A stretch of 61,621 nucleotides of DNA, the filler included, from Trichosphaerium sp. ATCC 40318 (Eukaryota > Protista > Tubulinea): the NCBI GenBank assembly GCA_038496445.1. It is 4 parts of 4 records of this genome, joined end to end, with 100 filler letters (N's around TTAATTAATTAA, not from the genome) between each part and the next. Parts side by side here need not be neighbours in the genome. Positions count along the whole stretch, not along the records: positions 55,713 to 61,621 come from JALMLS010000019.1; 3 more parts are not named here. One strand, given 5' to 3'. A program made the translations under genes and the position numbers. The first letter of the stretch is position 1; each line of letters begins with the position of its first letter. Positions 61,373-61,621 of the stretch are shown one piece after another. Below the pieces are notes generated by a model, which was not told where the DNA came from, did no database searches, and saw nothing but the letters and a program-made list of their open reading frames with translations.

Positions 61373-61621
61373 ATGTTGAAAGGAATATCAACTATTACTA
61401 TAGCATGTATTGTATTGATAGCACTCTCTTATGGCGCTTACAGCGCCACTATTGATGTCACTGTCTTCAACGATGTCAACAATGATCTCATACAAAACTC
61501 TGGAGAACAAGGTCTCACTGGTGTTCAAGTTTGTATTGACAATGCTGTCGTCGATGGTATTTGTGATGCAAATGAACAAACCTCATTAACAGGTACAGTA
61601 TAAAGACTTGATAGCTTTGTT
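61373..61621 (+). CDS. Secreted protein with SdrD B-like domain, first exon; continues beyond the window
   Basis: Signal peptide, then VFNDVNNDLIQNSGEQGLTGVQV (F.D.N..G.Q..GE.G..GV.V motif). Confidence 0.7.

Overview
Eukaryotic, AT-rich, intron-rich protist-like genomic DNA (standard code, short GT-AG introns, three scaffold gaps with a TTAATTAATTAA spacer). The window mixes ordinary genes with many damaged or 5'-truncated ones. Ordinary genes: reprolysin-type and GPI-anchored zinc proteases, Ras, histidine acid phosphatase, a Tudor-like protein, a coiled-coil/SPRY protein, an F-box-LRR protein, a Cys-rich secreted prepropeptide and an SdrD-B protein. Damaged genes: EF-1alpha paralog, SSS transporter, GH16, class C GPCR, ARM protein and two of three F-box/MORN-variant genes. 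Mobile DNA: a 5'-truncated non-LTR retrotransposon (RT-RNase H), a 3'-truncated Ty3/Gypsy element with one 158-bp LTR, and three non-autonomous DNA transposons with CAGG...CCTG ends, variable 2-bp TSDs and palindromic subterminal repeats. The most unusual part is 43.3-55.2 kb. It holds two head-to-head paralogous multi-exon genes with a ParB/Srx-like motif, and each carries its own repeated 15-16-bp palindrome inside its introns (GGATCGGWCCGATCC x6 vs ACCGCGAGCTCGCGGT ~x10). A USP-like peptidase gene lies next to them. This is a candidate ParB/parS-like module or large mobile-element cargo in a eukaryote. Exon structures were worked out by hand; no database searches were run.
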